Below are positions 40,742-51,028 of a stretch of 53,995 nt of DNA, in pieces. The notes beneath the pieces were generated by a model. It saw only the letters and a list, made by a program, of their open reading frames with translations, did not search any database and was not told where the DNA came from. The stretch covers positions 1-53,995 of the forward strand of contig ADNK01000324.1 in assembly GCA_000320545.1 (NCBI GenBank), given 5' to 3'. The translations under genes and the position numbers were made by a program. Every line of letters begins with the position of its first letter. Positions within the stretch are counted from its first letter, which is position 1. Source of the stretch: Bigelowiella natans CCMP2755 (taxonomy: Eukaryota; Protista; Cercozoa).

Positions 40742-40850
40742 TAACGTACACGGGGGTGAAAGCTGCCACCATAAAGCGAGCCATTCTATCCTTGACATAG
40801 CGCTTGTATACGCTCCTGCCACTAGCTTTCACCGTTCGGATCAGCCCCAT
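30041..40850 (-). CDS. giant multi-pass membrane protein: STRA6-like (RBP receptor family) core with Cys/Ser-rich extracellular insert, RNI-like LRRs, beta-trefoil-like region and repeat tail (full model inferred)
   Basis: Exon chain: ATG 40850 (MGLIRTVKASGR) -> ~40350 -> ~39990-39560 (TM) -> 39260-38495 -> ~38270 -> ~37880 -> 37570-32480 -> 32260-32020 -> 31878-30917 -> 30812-30231, optionally 30184-30041. The first and the last three junctions were checked as phase-compatible; the others are unverified, and the junction after the LRRs needs a GC donor or an unidentified site. Confidence 0.55.
32354..37480 (-). CDS. 5.1-kb exon encoding many TM helices, STRA6-like C-terminal motifs and leucine-rich repeats
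   Basis: 1708-aa ORF. YKSDMLQLRNGK, DMGFFAYHSLLLQDHAHNNPHVVGF and RRARFRWRWAKML parallel the STRA6 motifs (HR.NL..LHRG; D.GY..Y...L......HP....F; RARARW.LAYTL). LRRs: LQRVDVSRNDLGPEAG, IEELDVSWACLGDEG, LRSLAVVGNGITDVGA. Confidence 0.8.
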   Translation of the reverse strand: MSNSSGWACFDTRFAAGVDGRSVSFIHSFSNLDVFGISLRTVVVSQVPLTLRSPLTSARVTILSSTAVSSLQIEPPRKVDFSFRVELAWSAEYCASSSSSSTSTSGSGICPRAPSTLGIDRVMRIKQPKNGRYFKKAVISVRQINATRYEYSSSSSSSTTSSSSNSSLTDIYTVEATVVDIQRGDSKIEFWILGKKADVLLKDGASPSSSLKINARGSWYPSEGAFAGMNAVLSKRFLAILGIFWLLVLPIIIVLAQPTDLTEKWIIAKVVVGVMFLVFTVEFWITIRTYTCEPEDIVSTYFERAAEAIPEGDSCRMERSDSSLLGFVTVPCLLMASYLSFEGLKVIVFVADKMGTADWRRRRRLVSLLCRIIFASFALVRLLSKTLESDQGNWSNPVGIMLRWMFFHELPIPIPDKGHRVAIMFLLASCGYLLWATNTRYLGSYRFHLARVLVQDVGALIVLWVFTEVTLAKDPSLHISNLTLNCVVILINGASRGYRSGRMLRLPTGLMMIGSCFVAVASPSLRREFWVATNFVASLILLLCVVAGPEGPYERAAETVANRLHTSTFAAAMIMEAGLYLLVLGLGAAAAINIVAGITIISIVGVGVLALAVLWVRYQTDIDFDDCCCCCCCMGGEGDTHELFETAGRVLEDFWLRLRHADPALWMPAMGAGLAVTLFSLISYAGCRGKDQSECESNGVWAAVMLMYMVTTFWFCHAQDDVMEEEGEEEEGKKAERKEVGREEAEEEVEGEVCSFSASDSSSMILPGLHSPSGKNQHAFTGEIIDDADKGSREDVVAGTLFPISETSQSAEVKGGKKTGPMSRRHKSNSSVSDFFGVKAPAVSASALIHNLGTQVRDKLSDTVRFHLKLDMYGGKQEGGAGTMFGQPPPPFIPEVSEIGYLRTRFFAIRKYIRARFYCQLLEFNPEKLKYQNPNLPIITIRFRKDYVLKVLVGAFTKALAIPYIYLAFETRPKKRGGGKRKKAKDMASNTGVKGDHTKPIRAIEMVEMKKRADVKSEKPQPGERDYQAIATSFDKGGGGGHVKIETKDGDSDDDDEEDDCGTEYYEDVTKTPFYLEESLCCVLLDLGVVRVEQHPLDYFRAPFVLVGALSASVAMLVVISTLGVNAMWWIRYYMIETYTNTSMFSDTLRFHPVPTRYMLVPTSDSILFHFFGYLLWWVAEFQGIKIDDVLLLMETYARLVIPVACLVTSLLIINLYVRYKSDMLQLRNGKCGFEKRDRYSPIAAPRLIPIVTFNTVAAYVVSLWLTLAFILLTTLVVAVKPIRTSVIPALNSIAITYFSLGILQFLLWLFGKVFFATPDGYGTIRWNLIYGIVAYATYPVWWSFVVNILLLKIASWFLTILVSIVRVFSPGSPNFWLQKMDMGFFAYHSLLLQDHAHNNPHVVGFGAIMQERLILNAKACTEMKRREAQRAQKLFAISKGGSVKANASFSRKSSCFDSCNDVGNGIDQNNTDKQLQLLLAQKRRYFLGRRARFRWRWAKMLITQYRIKDVRDAFKLKRRRAALDIARRKASELATEISFRRMFIGEDQLRSVVGILNTNDFLQRVDVSRNDLGPEAGAHLVQLIDACDIEELDVSWACLGDEGIGVFCDSVVALNCAMCLRSLAVVGNGITDVGAKALLRLVKATPTLLELSFLNQDKTQQPPAPCVGSVVGAYRYGYEYETGCRGGVGSNAMVILSTGAVLLLVDV

Positions 40851-41145
40851 GGTGCTAAATACCCCTTTCCCGCACTACACAGACGGAGCCACCTCAAATT
40901 AACTACACTCCAGCTTCGGCGTAGCCTCCTACCTACGTCCCAAAGCGCCACTGAGCCTCATGCTGAGCTCAGGAGCCCATCTACGAGTAGACTAATTATG
41001 CCTAGATCCTAGTGCCTTTATTAAATTATTTACGACTGATGAAGTCTGTATGTTCTCGCATTTCTCGCCCTGGTCGTTACATCGTACGACACGTTACGCT
41101 CACTCCACACTGTATGGTATCTGGAACGAGGGTAGTTTAAGTTCA

Positions 41146-41638
41146 TGGCGAAAAACGTTGTCGCAGTTCTTATATGCAGATCTTTCGATGTGATTTCATC
41201 CACACAGTTCTTACAGGAGTTTCCTCATTGTTTATTAGTATGCGACATGGAAATATTCATGTCGTAATATCAGAACAAGAGATCGAAACGATTCAGCGAG
41301 AATATGTGCCGGCCGATGGAGAGCGATTTCTTTTGGGAGCGAAATTCAATGGAAACCCGATGTTTTTTGGTGAATACTCCTCAAACCTCCTGGTATGAAG
41401 TATTTTTGGATGAATCCCCGGCATGCTTCCCAAAAGATTTAGCTGGCTTCCAAATGCCTCAGATCGTTAGCTATTTATGCCGATATTCAGCCAGCGACTC
41501 GCATTTCATCCACCTAAGCTCCAATGTTTTCCCGAAGTAAAAGTGACTGAAGACAGCTACAAAGTCTTCCTTTCCGTTGGGCCTGGAGGGGTACTTCCAG
41601 GATGAAAAATGTACAAGAACATGTACATTATTCCGGTG
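41146..41638 (+). CDS. possible small spliced gene, unknown function
   Basis: In-frame GT-AG joins give EIETIQREYVPADGERFLLGAKFNGNPMFF|VFLDESPACFPKDLAGFQMPQI|TATKSSFPLGLEGYFQDEK. Ends uncertain. Confidence 0.35.
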
Positions 41639-42158
41639 AAACCGTGTCATACGCCCTTTGACCTTATCTGAAAGACAAACCCGTCAGAATGACGGAGTCC
41701 CAAAAAGGCAATGCGTCACTACGGCCGGAAGCGGAAAGCTCCATCCACAAGTGTCCGTTTGGAGGACCCTTGGGAACTGGAAACGTGGCCGGCTTTTTAC
41801 GTACGTCAGACGGGAAGCAGGTTCCAGTGGTTGATTGCGCACGTATTTCCTCGTTTCTGTGTGATTCGAAGTCTCGGCGGTACAGATTTAGACACTCGAA
41901 GGCCAGCATTTCCTCCCCTCCTCCCCTTGGGCGACCGCTGTCTATTCGCGTTGAGCAGGAAAAGCGTAGGAGACAAGGTTGATTACGACAGCCAGCGGAA
42001 AATTTCTAGTTACGAAGTTACAGGCTGTTGGAGGAGGACCATCGCTTGTAACACTTCTTCCTCGTCGGTCGGCAACACAAACATCGAGGATCCTTTCCCC
42101 TGATTCCATTTGCGCTGAAGCCAAACGCTTGGGTTGAAGTCTGCGGAATTAGTGTGAC

Positions 42159-43939
42159 ATGGATATTGAGCAACTTAATAGCGCCAAGAGGCAGTCCCAG
42201 ACATCATCTTTCATGGCTACCGAGCGCCTGCGACAATGGTTCGGATTCTTGCTGCCTCAGTTTTCGATGGAAGCATCGTTGTCCCCGTCGTCGTCGTCCC
42301 CAGATCTACTAGCTCCGTCAACCTACGGATCCATCATATCAAGACCGTCAGCTACTCCCGGTCTCAATAATATCTCCGCGTTCAATGAAAACGACGAAGA
42401 CGCTTTCCCCCCTACCCATAAACTGCGCCTCAAGTTAGTCCATCTAGGAAAATTCGTCAATGCGAGCACGCTATTCACGTTGGCAATGGGCGTGCTTCTC
42501 TTCTCATGCCTCGCGATTGGGAGTTTCAACGTAAGCCGAGGCGGCGGGGTGATTAAGGCCGAACCGTTTCCAAACCTATATAACGTGGCCTACGAGCACG
42601 TATCCGCAGCGACAGAGAAGGCACACGATGAAGACAAAGATGAGCAGTCTCATCATGACCACGTAAATAGTTCTGATCAAGGAAGCAGCAGCAACGCTAC
42701 CTCCGCAAAGCACGCATCTCAACCCGCATCAGGTAATAGAGCTGTTGATTTGAAAGTGGCTGTGGTCTTGCCTTTGCGCGCCGCGCGTCTGCTAAAAAAT
42801 CATTTGGATCTGTTCATACACCACACATGTTTTGCCAGCATACGTTTCTAGTAATCGAGTTTCCCTGTCTGATTGGGCTCGCTTACATATGCCTATAAAC
42901 TGAACAATCCCCCCCCCCACCCCTCCCCCACCCCAGATGATGGGAACGATACCTCGTCACCAAAAAATGCATCTGTAACCGGGTCTTCCATGACATCGGC
43001 CTCCTCGCCTGTGAATCCAGCAGCGACTCCTACTGTCGTAGCCAACATTCCACCTCCACCTTCAACTAACGCCGCCCCGCCTCTCTCCGCTGAGCAGGCC
43101 GCCGTGATTGCGCGGCAGGCAGCGGATAGAGCAGCAGCTGTCGCAACTGCCGCTGCAGCCAGGAACACCGAGGAGAATCTTAGAGCTCAGGCTCTCGCTG
43201 CGGAGGTAGTATTGGTATGCATGATGCGACGGTTGCACTTGGTTTTCTGCCCGGCTATGTCGCTGGAGAACTCATCGAATGACTTCGTTGTATCATGGAG
43301 CACGGCACTTCTCCCCTTTTCTCTTTGTCATATTGATGAATGGCGAGTGTGATAGAAAAATATGATGGTGGTGGACTTACGGGCGGTTTGTTGTCCCCCC
43401 CCCCCCCCCCCCCCTTCCCCAATTGAAGGCTGCCCGTCGAGCTGAGGCGTCGGCTGAGGAGAATGCAAAGGCTAGGGCTAAAGCTTCAGAGAAGGTCATT
43501 GCTTACGATGTGATAACAACTCGTCGTATTCAAAATTTTCTTTCTTGCTAGCAGCATATGTTGATACGTCATCTGAACGAATGTATACATTGCCGTCGTT
43601 GCACTTCACTTTTTTATCAAATGGGAGAGTGCTTAATGCTGCGAAGAAAAGGAAGCAGGGGATAGAAAGAGGAAAAAATAAATATACTTTAGGACAATCA
43701 TAGCGGACATGGCCGAATAGTAGCTTTGAACTTATCGTCTGAGCCATGTCTTTGAATTGTCTATTTTCCCGCTATGCTCGTCCTGTTTTACACAACATTG
43801 AAAAATGTTGCCTGAGTGTCGGGGGGGGGGGGACGAACTGTTCTTTCGGCTATGATTTCGAATACGTCAACAGCTAAAATATCATTTACTACAGAAAGTG
43901 AAGCTGGCCCGCGCGACATCAGGAAAAGTTCGGAGCTAG
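42159..43939 (+). CDS. single-pass (type II-like) membrane protein with Ser/Pro/Ala-rich and coiled-coil lumenal region, unknown function
   Basis: TM LFTLAMGVLLFSCLAIGSF. Exons 42159-42732, ~42938-43205, ~43429-43494 and probably ~43896-43939, joined by GT-AG introns. Confidence 0.6.
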
Positions 43940-44269
43940 CCGATAAATTTGGATGCGAATGTTTCAATCGGGGAATAAAGCGTTTTCAATGCGACAAATA
44001 TGTGTCCCAAAACCTAGAGCCAGCCCTACATATTTTGGAAGGGACAGGCAAAATAAGAGGCTCTTTATATTCATACTTTTTATATTTGATAGTATCTACT
44101 TCGTAAGTACTGCCGTGAGTTTGTGTCAAAGTCTACAAATATGTACTCGTACTTACGAACTGTCGTACGTTTGTACTACCGCAAATGGACTGGACGAAAA
44201 ATGTCTCGCGAAACAAAACTTTAATGTGTAAAACAAAGATTCATGTAATGAAATGCTTGTCAGTAAACA

Positions 44270-44736
44270 TCAAAACGTCACACGTGCGTGTCGAACATTG
44301 ATGGCACATGCGATTTTGTGCAGACACACCATCAGATCTCTAAATCTAGAGATGATGGGTCCTCGCTTCTAGCAGGCTTGTCTGCATTTTGCGTGCGGAT
44401 GATGCGCATGCTAACATGAGCGTGCTAGCGTGGCACACGAAGCACACTCTAGCACTGGGAAACGATCGACAGCACATGCTAGCTAGCTAGCACTAGAGCA
44501 TGCATGCACCTAGTGCACGTCTCTAGGTCTACCTGATCGAGACGGCTAGCATAGCTAGACAGTAGCTAGACGACGTTGCAATGCGCAATTGACATGGTCT
44601 CGCTCGCCAGCAGCCTCTGTGGAGCTAGTCATCAGGCCACGCTCTTGCCATCGCATCTAGCCATCTAGCAGCCATCTCGCCGATGTCTGCTAGCAGGCTG
44701 GTAGGTTGCAAGGTGTGTGGTGCATGTGTGTGTGTG

Positions 44737-44775
<39 letters not shown>

Positions 44776-45345
44776 ATGTTCCAGCACGAAAAGCTAGAAA
44801 GAGGTTTCGGCGTTTCGGCGTTTGGCTAGTTGGCAGAGCAGGCCATGCTCTCATGCCCCGATCTTGTGCTGGCGGGCTGCCAAACCGACACTGCTAGACT
44901 GCTAGACTGCTAAGCTTTCTCTAGTTCTGGCAGCGCATCTCTGTGAGCTCTAGAGCTGTCAGAGCCAGAGAGAAAGAATCGAAAAAATGATCATTTGAAA
45001 ACCCCACAGAAACACAATCTAGCAATGATGGCGACACGCATCGCTCCGATCGTCCACTAGTCGCCCAAACCTAGAAACCTGCAATCCAGCAATGCTAGAA
45101 TGCCAGAATGTGTGGCTTCAAGTCCGAACGAAAAGGAGTCAGGAGGTCGGACGTGGTTCACTTTGAAGGCCCGTGATGGAGTGTAGCCGTGCTAGCTCAT
45201 CCAAGCCCTCCCCCCAGTCAGCGTGCGCAAGAACCCTGGACAGATGTCGCCTGCGAGCATCTTGTCCACACCAGACGTCATCGAGACGTAGTCTGTTTTC
45301 ATCCGGTTTCGTCGGTGTTTGCAGGTGGGCGACAACCCTCATGAG
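44270..45345. other. TpA-depleted, CTAG-enriched domain
   Basis: In 44281-45120 a hand count gives about 34 TA, about 27 of them CTAG and the remainder CTA or TAG; none in other contexts. Confidence 0.85.
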
Positions 45346-45489
45346 GATTTAAAAGTTAAAAGTGGGCATTGTAACCGCAATTAGCAATCTCACCTGCCAT
45401 CGAAAAAAACCACATGCAACGGAGCATGAACGACAACGGAAATCTATGAGAAAACTAGAAAAACTAGAAACGTGTCTGGCAAGAGAGCG

Positions 45490-46710
45490 ATGGCGGCTTA
45501 CGAGCGCAGCTATAAGGAGCTACCTGCCCTTCCGGAGCAGCCTCCGATGCTAATGGGTGAAATAGTGAATCGATCGGAAGAATCAAAATCTCAACCGAAC
45601 ACAATGACCCAATCGCTTCGAAAAGCCGGCGCAGATCGCAAAGATGATTCTGTTGAGAATAAACAAGATGATTCTGTCGAGAATAAACAGAAAATGCAAT
45701 CCAGACCTTACATAGCTGAAAAATATAAGAGAGAGGGAATCCTAATTTTGTCATTCCTGTTGAGCATGTTCATTATAGCTTCAGTGTTGTTAATCTATTC
45801 ATCAGTTAAACAAAAGAACAACCCCCCTGTCACGTTGAACCGTGTCCCAACGGTCGGGAACGCTCATTATCCCTACTTTACAATCTGTGGTCTCTATGTT
45901 TTCGAGCTCTACGAATCATCCTTTCAAAATGTGAGCGTGAAATCATTGGAGTGGGACACTGTAAGGATTGGGGGGGACTCGAAACTAGTGCCCTGGCAGT
46001 ATGTGAATGCATCTAGGTTTGGTCGCAAAGGAGTTTGCATTCAAGTGGACACCGGAGGCATTATGGTATCCTCCCTCTACCACTATATCAATATCGATAT
46101 CACCTTCCGTCCGAACTATCGACAGTTCTGTAAAAACTTCAATGCAACGGACGAAAGTTGTAATTTATACGGGAATGATCACACTGGTACCAACTACGCA
46201 TCGGAAACCTGGATCCTATACGTTGAAAAGAAAGTAGGACAGCTATCTCCCATAGATACGCCCGAGATGGATAAGCCACAAACATTAGTCATTCCCTTCA
46301 ACAACGTAGAATTACCGATCAGAGTTAGAGAAGTTCAGTATCAGAAATTAGGTGAAGCTGTAGAATCAACGTGGTCATTCGCGGCAATACCGTCGCATGT
46401 AATCAACTGGGGAAAGGAGCACAACGACAGACAGTTTTCATGGGACCCTGAATATAGAAGCGTTTTCTGGCTGAACTTTGATGAGAGATTAATGACAGTG
46501 ATCCGGGAAGTGGATCCGGTAAATCCTTACGTTATCGTTTCCTCGATGTTTAGCTTTGCCATGATGGCTTTGGCCATTTGGTCTAGGCTCTGCTTCAAAG
46601 AGCCCTCAACCGGGAGTCTGGTCCCAACAATGTTCCTTCGTAAAATCTTTGATCTAGAAAGAAAAATAATTCGTAGTTGTTTCTCGAGGTTCAATGACGA
46701 GAAAATCTGA
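45490..46710 (+). CDS. intronless two-TM protein with a large extracellular loop, DEG/ENaC- or PAC(TMEM206)-like ion-channel architecture
   Basis: TM1 ILILSFLLSMFIIASVLLIYSSV is followed by NPPVTL...YPYFTICG (cf. DEG/ENaC FPAVTICN). Cys-containing, N-glycosylatable loop. VIREVDPVNPYVIVSSMFSFAMMALAIW forms the pre-TM2/TM2 segment. First ATG is at 45490 (the ORF track starts at GTG 45472). Confidence 0.65.
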   Translation: MAAYERSYKELPALPEQPPMLMGEIVNRSEESKSQPNTMTQSLRKAGADRKDDSVENKQDDSVENKQKMQSRPYIAEKYKREGILILSFLLSMFIIASVLLIYSSVKQKNNPPVTLNRVPTVGNAHYPYFTICGLYVFELYESSFQNVSVKSLEWDTVRIGGDSKLVPWQYVNASRFGRKGVCIQVDTGGIMVSSLYHYINIDITFRPNYRQFCKNFNATDESCNLYGNDHTGTNYASETWILYVEKKVGQLSPIDTPEMDKPQTLVIPFNNVELPIRVREVQYQKLGEAVESTWSFAAIPSHVINWGKEHNDRQFSWDPEYRSVFWLNFDERLMTVIREVDPVNPYVIVSSMFSFAMMALAIWSRLCFKEPSTGSLVPTMFLRKIFDLERKIIRSCFSRFNDEKI

Positions 46711-47520
46711 TCCGTCTGTCCAGTAGTGCGTCATGCATGGTTTGGTAAAGACTGAGCACGAACTCCTAAGAAAAGGATTTGTGTGCGGAACTTGCTTGAT
46801 TGCCTCCGCGAGACCCAAGTGAGTAGAAAGTGTGAACGCTCTTGTTGCATTGCAATAGGTCCATGTCCCATGTGGTCATGTGATTCGCCATTCATAGCAT
46901 GTATGTGACTAGCATGCGCAAATTGTCAATGTCGTAGAAGAAGCTGCTGCTGACAGGCGACTGGCCAAGCTGGTCGTCGATGTAGCAACAGTAGGTAAAA
47001 GGGCACGAAACAAGAGATTACAGCGAATTGTGATTCACGTTTGTGTGACACAATGCAACAAACGTGCTCACAAACTTGCTTTGAACACAAATGCACAGCT
47101 CGTGTGCACGCATGGCTTCGGATGTACAAGGATCAGAGCCTACAAGCTGCATTGTGGCAACTGCTAAGAAATGGCAGTGTTGGCAGTGGTGGTGGTGTCT
47201 TTGAAATTGCATGAGATGAGTTAAGGGAACGATTCACTTCAAAAAAATTGCTGCATTGACGTTGAAAATATACACACATCGCGACACTCACATGTGTCTT
47301 GATGTGTCCAGTCTTTGTGTTTTCTATCATTCTTGTGCCAATCAGACAGCTCACATCGATCAGACCTTCTCACTCATTGGGCGTGGGAAATAAAATTTCT
47401 CACTTGATCCAACAAACAATGATCATTACTGTGTCTATTATGACAGCAGCTCCAACGTGTTCTCAATGAGTTTTTTTTGACTTCCAAACGGTCATCATCA
47501 CTCAAATCTAAGCTGGATGC

Positions 47521-48450
47521 ATTGAACCTGCTTCTTGAGTCCGGCTAACATGGCCGGGAATTCTGGAGGAGTGCAATGACACACCCTGCTCTCTGCCGCA
47601 CATCACATTGTCGCTTTTTGCACTCACAGAGAAGAATCATGACTCAACAACAACGCTAGAACATGCATCGAGCAGAACAGCCCAGCTAGCCAGAATCATG
47701 ACACCATGCTATGGTCTAGGTGGACCTCATGCAGAACAAACAGGGGGCACCCTTCACTTGGGAAGCACTTCTGCTTCTGCTGCGACATGATTGACAAACG
47801 ACTTCTAGATCTCGCACGATCATGCAAAAGTTGTGGGACATGCACACGTTTGCCAGTGCGGGCATGCATGAATGTGCACGTTTGCCATCTAGCCATGCAG
47901 TCAAGCAGTTAGGCACAGTCCAGCACAACAGTGGCCATTGAGCACATTGCACTCACTTGCACACGCGTTCCAAGTGGCGCGGAACGTGCCAAGAACAAAG
48001 CACGCGTGCACAGGAGTTGTCGTCAAAAGGACCTGCTCGTCAGTCGGGAATCGCAAGCGCAACGACCACAACCATGCTAGCATGTCGTGACAATTGTGAC
48101 ACCACTGGCTCTCCGGATCTTTCACCACGTGTGGAGTGCAAACCAACACCGCTGCGAACGTCGTGCGAACAACGTGCGAATGTGGAATGAACGTGACGAT
48201 CGAACACGTGGACACGTGATGCAATTGGTGACGCACAGCATGCAAAGCAAGAAAAAACCGCTTGCAAACTAGCCGTGGGTGAACGATTTGAACCCTGCGA
48301 GCGACTCGCGTTCATTTCGACACTCCAACAAGACTGGAAGACGCTGCGGTGTGAACTGCACCTCCCCCCAATCAACAGTGAAACAACTGCACCTCCCCAA
48401 CCAACAGCAAAGCGGAATGAATGCCGAGCGTTGTTTTTTTCATGAAAATG
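47521..48450. other. TpA-depleted domain (partial depletion extends left to ~46750)
   Basis: About 10 TA in 930 bp by hand count, all CTA/TAG and 7 of them CTAG. CpG is abundant. Confidence 0.8.
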
Positions 48451-48520
48451 TAAGGTATTCTTCATGTGCGACAACGGTAAATTCATTGTCGCAAACATGA
48501 TTTTTCGAAACACTTTTCGG

Positions 48521-49017
48521 ATGTCGCCGTCGGAGGGGCAGGTGCCCTTCCCGGCGGCACCTCCTCTCGGCGCCGTGGCGTGTTACTTGGGTTAGCACTG
48601 GGAGTGTCCCCAACAAACTGGAGCCGAAACCACCTCACCCCTCAAGCTGTTGCCGTGGCATCAACTCGCATTCTCCGTCTTGTTGTGTTTGGCAATAAAG
48701 GCGGAGAGATCCTTGGACCCCGCTGGTGGCAAGAGTCGGCGAAAGTTCTCCTGCTCTAAATGCTCACAAACCTTTGGGAAGATGGTATAATATTTGACGA
48801 TGATGGCGGTGGTGGATGTTACACTGTTATTGTAGATTTGTAACCCGCATTCAGCTTCTCACATGTACCAGGCATCGCTGCGGGATCACTTTCGCTCTCA
48901 CACGCGAGAAAAACCCTATGTTTGCAACGTCTGCAACAAAAAGTCGGTGAATTTTCTTAGAGAATCTTCCATGTTAAGTGGGGGAAATCAGGGAAGTGTG
49001 TGGATAGTCTATATGCG

Positions 49018-49057
<40 letters not shown>

Positions 49058-49557
49058 GCATATACGTGTGTGTGTGTGTGTGTGTGTGTGGGTGTGTGGG
49101 TGTGTGGGTGTGGGTGTGTATGAAAGGTTATTGGTGTGATTTTGAATTATAGATTACTATCATTATTATAATTTTATCATTATTGCCGTCGTCGTCGTTG
49201 TTGTTGCTAATACACGTGCACGTGCTTGTGTCTGTGTGTGTGTGTGTGTGTGTTTAAGATATTCCTTTCGCGGGTCTCTTTCCCTTCATCGAAGAAAGCA
49301 TTCTGGCAGCAGGTTTCACTGCCTGACCTGCTTGAGGAACTTCACGCAAAAGTCCACTCTGCAGTACCACATGCTGGCAGTCCATAAGTACCGTTACAAT
49401 AGATGCTAAGAAGACACCCAATTCAACTATTTGTTAGATTTGTAGGCAGAACAGCATTTGCTTTCTCTCTCTCTTGGGGTTGCTTTTCCCTCAGTCACTT
49501 CTCCACGCTCTCTTCACACCCCCCCCCCCCCCCCCCCCCACACACACACACATACAC

Positions 49558-49599
<42 letters not shown>

Positions 49600-50952
49600 C
49601 ATGCATATATTTTTTTGTATGTGCGTTTTGATTTCGTCCATGCCATCTCAAATTACACGCACAAATCCATCACACTCACGACACCACAACCTTGCAAAAC
49701 AAGCTATCAGAGTGAAAAACGAATCGGCGGAGAGTACCAAATCTATTTATGACACATTCCAACCGGTATTTTCATATGTTTACACAAATGTAGAAGAGTT
49801 CGGGATAACGTATGTGGAATCTGCGGCCTGAAGTCCTTTTCGCGAGCCACAGATTGTAGACGGTATCTGATGACGAGAGCAAAAAATAGCAATGATTCTT
49901 CTTACAATGCGAGAAGAGGGAGCTATTATACAGGGACAGAAGGATGGTTTCTCGCACTTTCTTTAAAATCCCATATCCCCACCATCTAATCATCATCGCC
50001 ATCATCATCACCATCACCACCACACCGAATTCGTGTGTTTTAGGCACATGAGGTCTCACATAGATAGTCGTCCGTATGTATGCACTAACTGCTCCAGAGG
50101 GTTTCGCGAGAAATGCCACCTGGTATTTTAGCATGCTACTAGCTGTAGAATAGCACCTTGTGCGACTGATGTTCATTAAGTAAGGAGCACTTTGGTAGAC
50201 AAAATATTATTGGTCTCTTTACCTCGCCGCCCTTTCATTTTGGGGGTGTTTATATATTTCGCGAGTCTGTGTTGTGGCTCTTTTAATACCTCTCTGTGCT
50301 GCAGCTTGTCCACCAGCGAATACACACCGGCGAGAAACCATTCATCTGTGGGCAATGTGGTGAGTGTTTGGCAATCAAATCAATCAATCCCCGCTCAGTG
50401 ATACATACGCTTGCTGCTAGGTTTCGCGTTCAGCGACGCTGCGAACCACGCCAAGCACGTCCGGCGTCGATCATGCTTTTTCTATGCAAACAATAACAAC
50501 AACAACAACAACAGCATTTCCGGGAGCAGCACAAGTAAGTACATATTGGAAAGAGCTCTGTGTTGATTCCTCCCCGCTTGCCCTCCGCATGAATCTCCAT
50601 CTTCACCTTCTCGCGTTGCACGCACCGTCGCGAAAAAAGACCGTCAGGAAAGCGATGCAATGATTTCCTTTTTCGGTCATCAGGAACCAACACCTACACG
50701 CTGAGCGGGAACATATCCGGCCATCTTCGCCGTGCGTACGCCTGCCCAACATGCCAGAGACTCCTCTCTTCCAAGGCCGCGCTCAAAGCTCATGTGCAGC
50801 TCCACAACCCCAACAAGAGCTTTGCGTGTGAGGCGTGCGGGAAGACGTTCTCACAACGCCAAGTCCTTGTCGCCCATCGGTCTAATATGCATTCGGCAGC
50901 GCGGTACTGCTATCGGAGTGCGACATTATGTGTGTGTGCATGTGCATGTGCA

Positions 50953-51028
<76 letters not shown>

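Noticed and set aside
48270-48312. B-box-like GGTTCAAATC on the minus strand, possible tRNA or SINE
   Set aside because: Flanks do not form a T-stem or acceptor stem, and no A-box or cloverleaf was found.
46750-48450. Identifiable transposase or reverse transcriptase remnant
   Set aside because: No DDE, RT, integrase or terminal-repeat motif could be recognised by eye, even after mental back-mutation.
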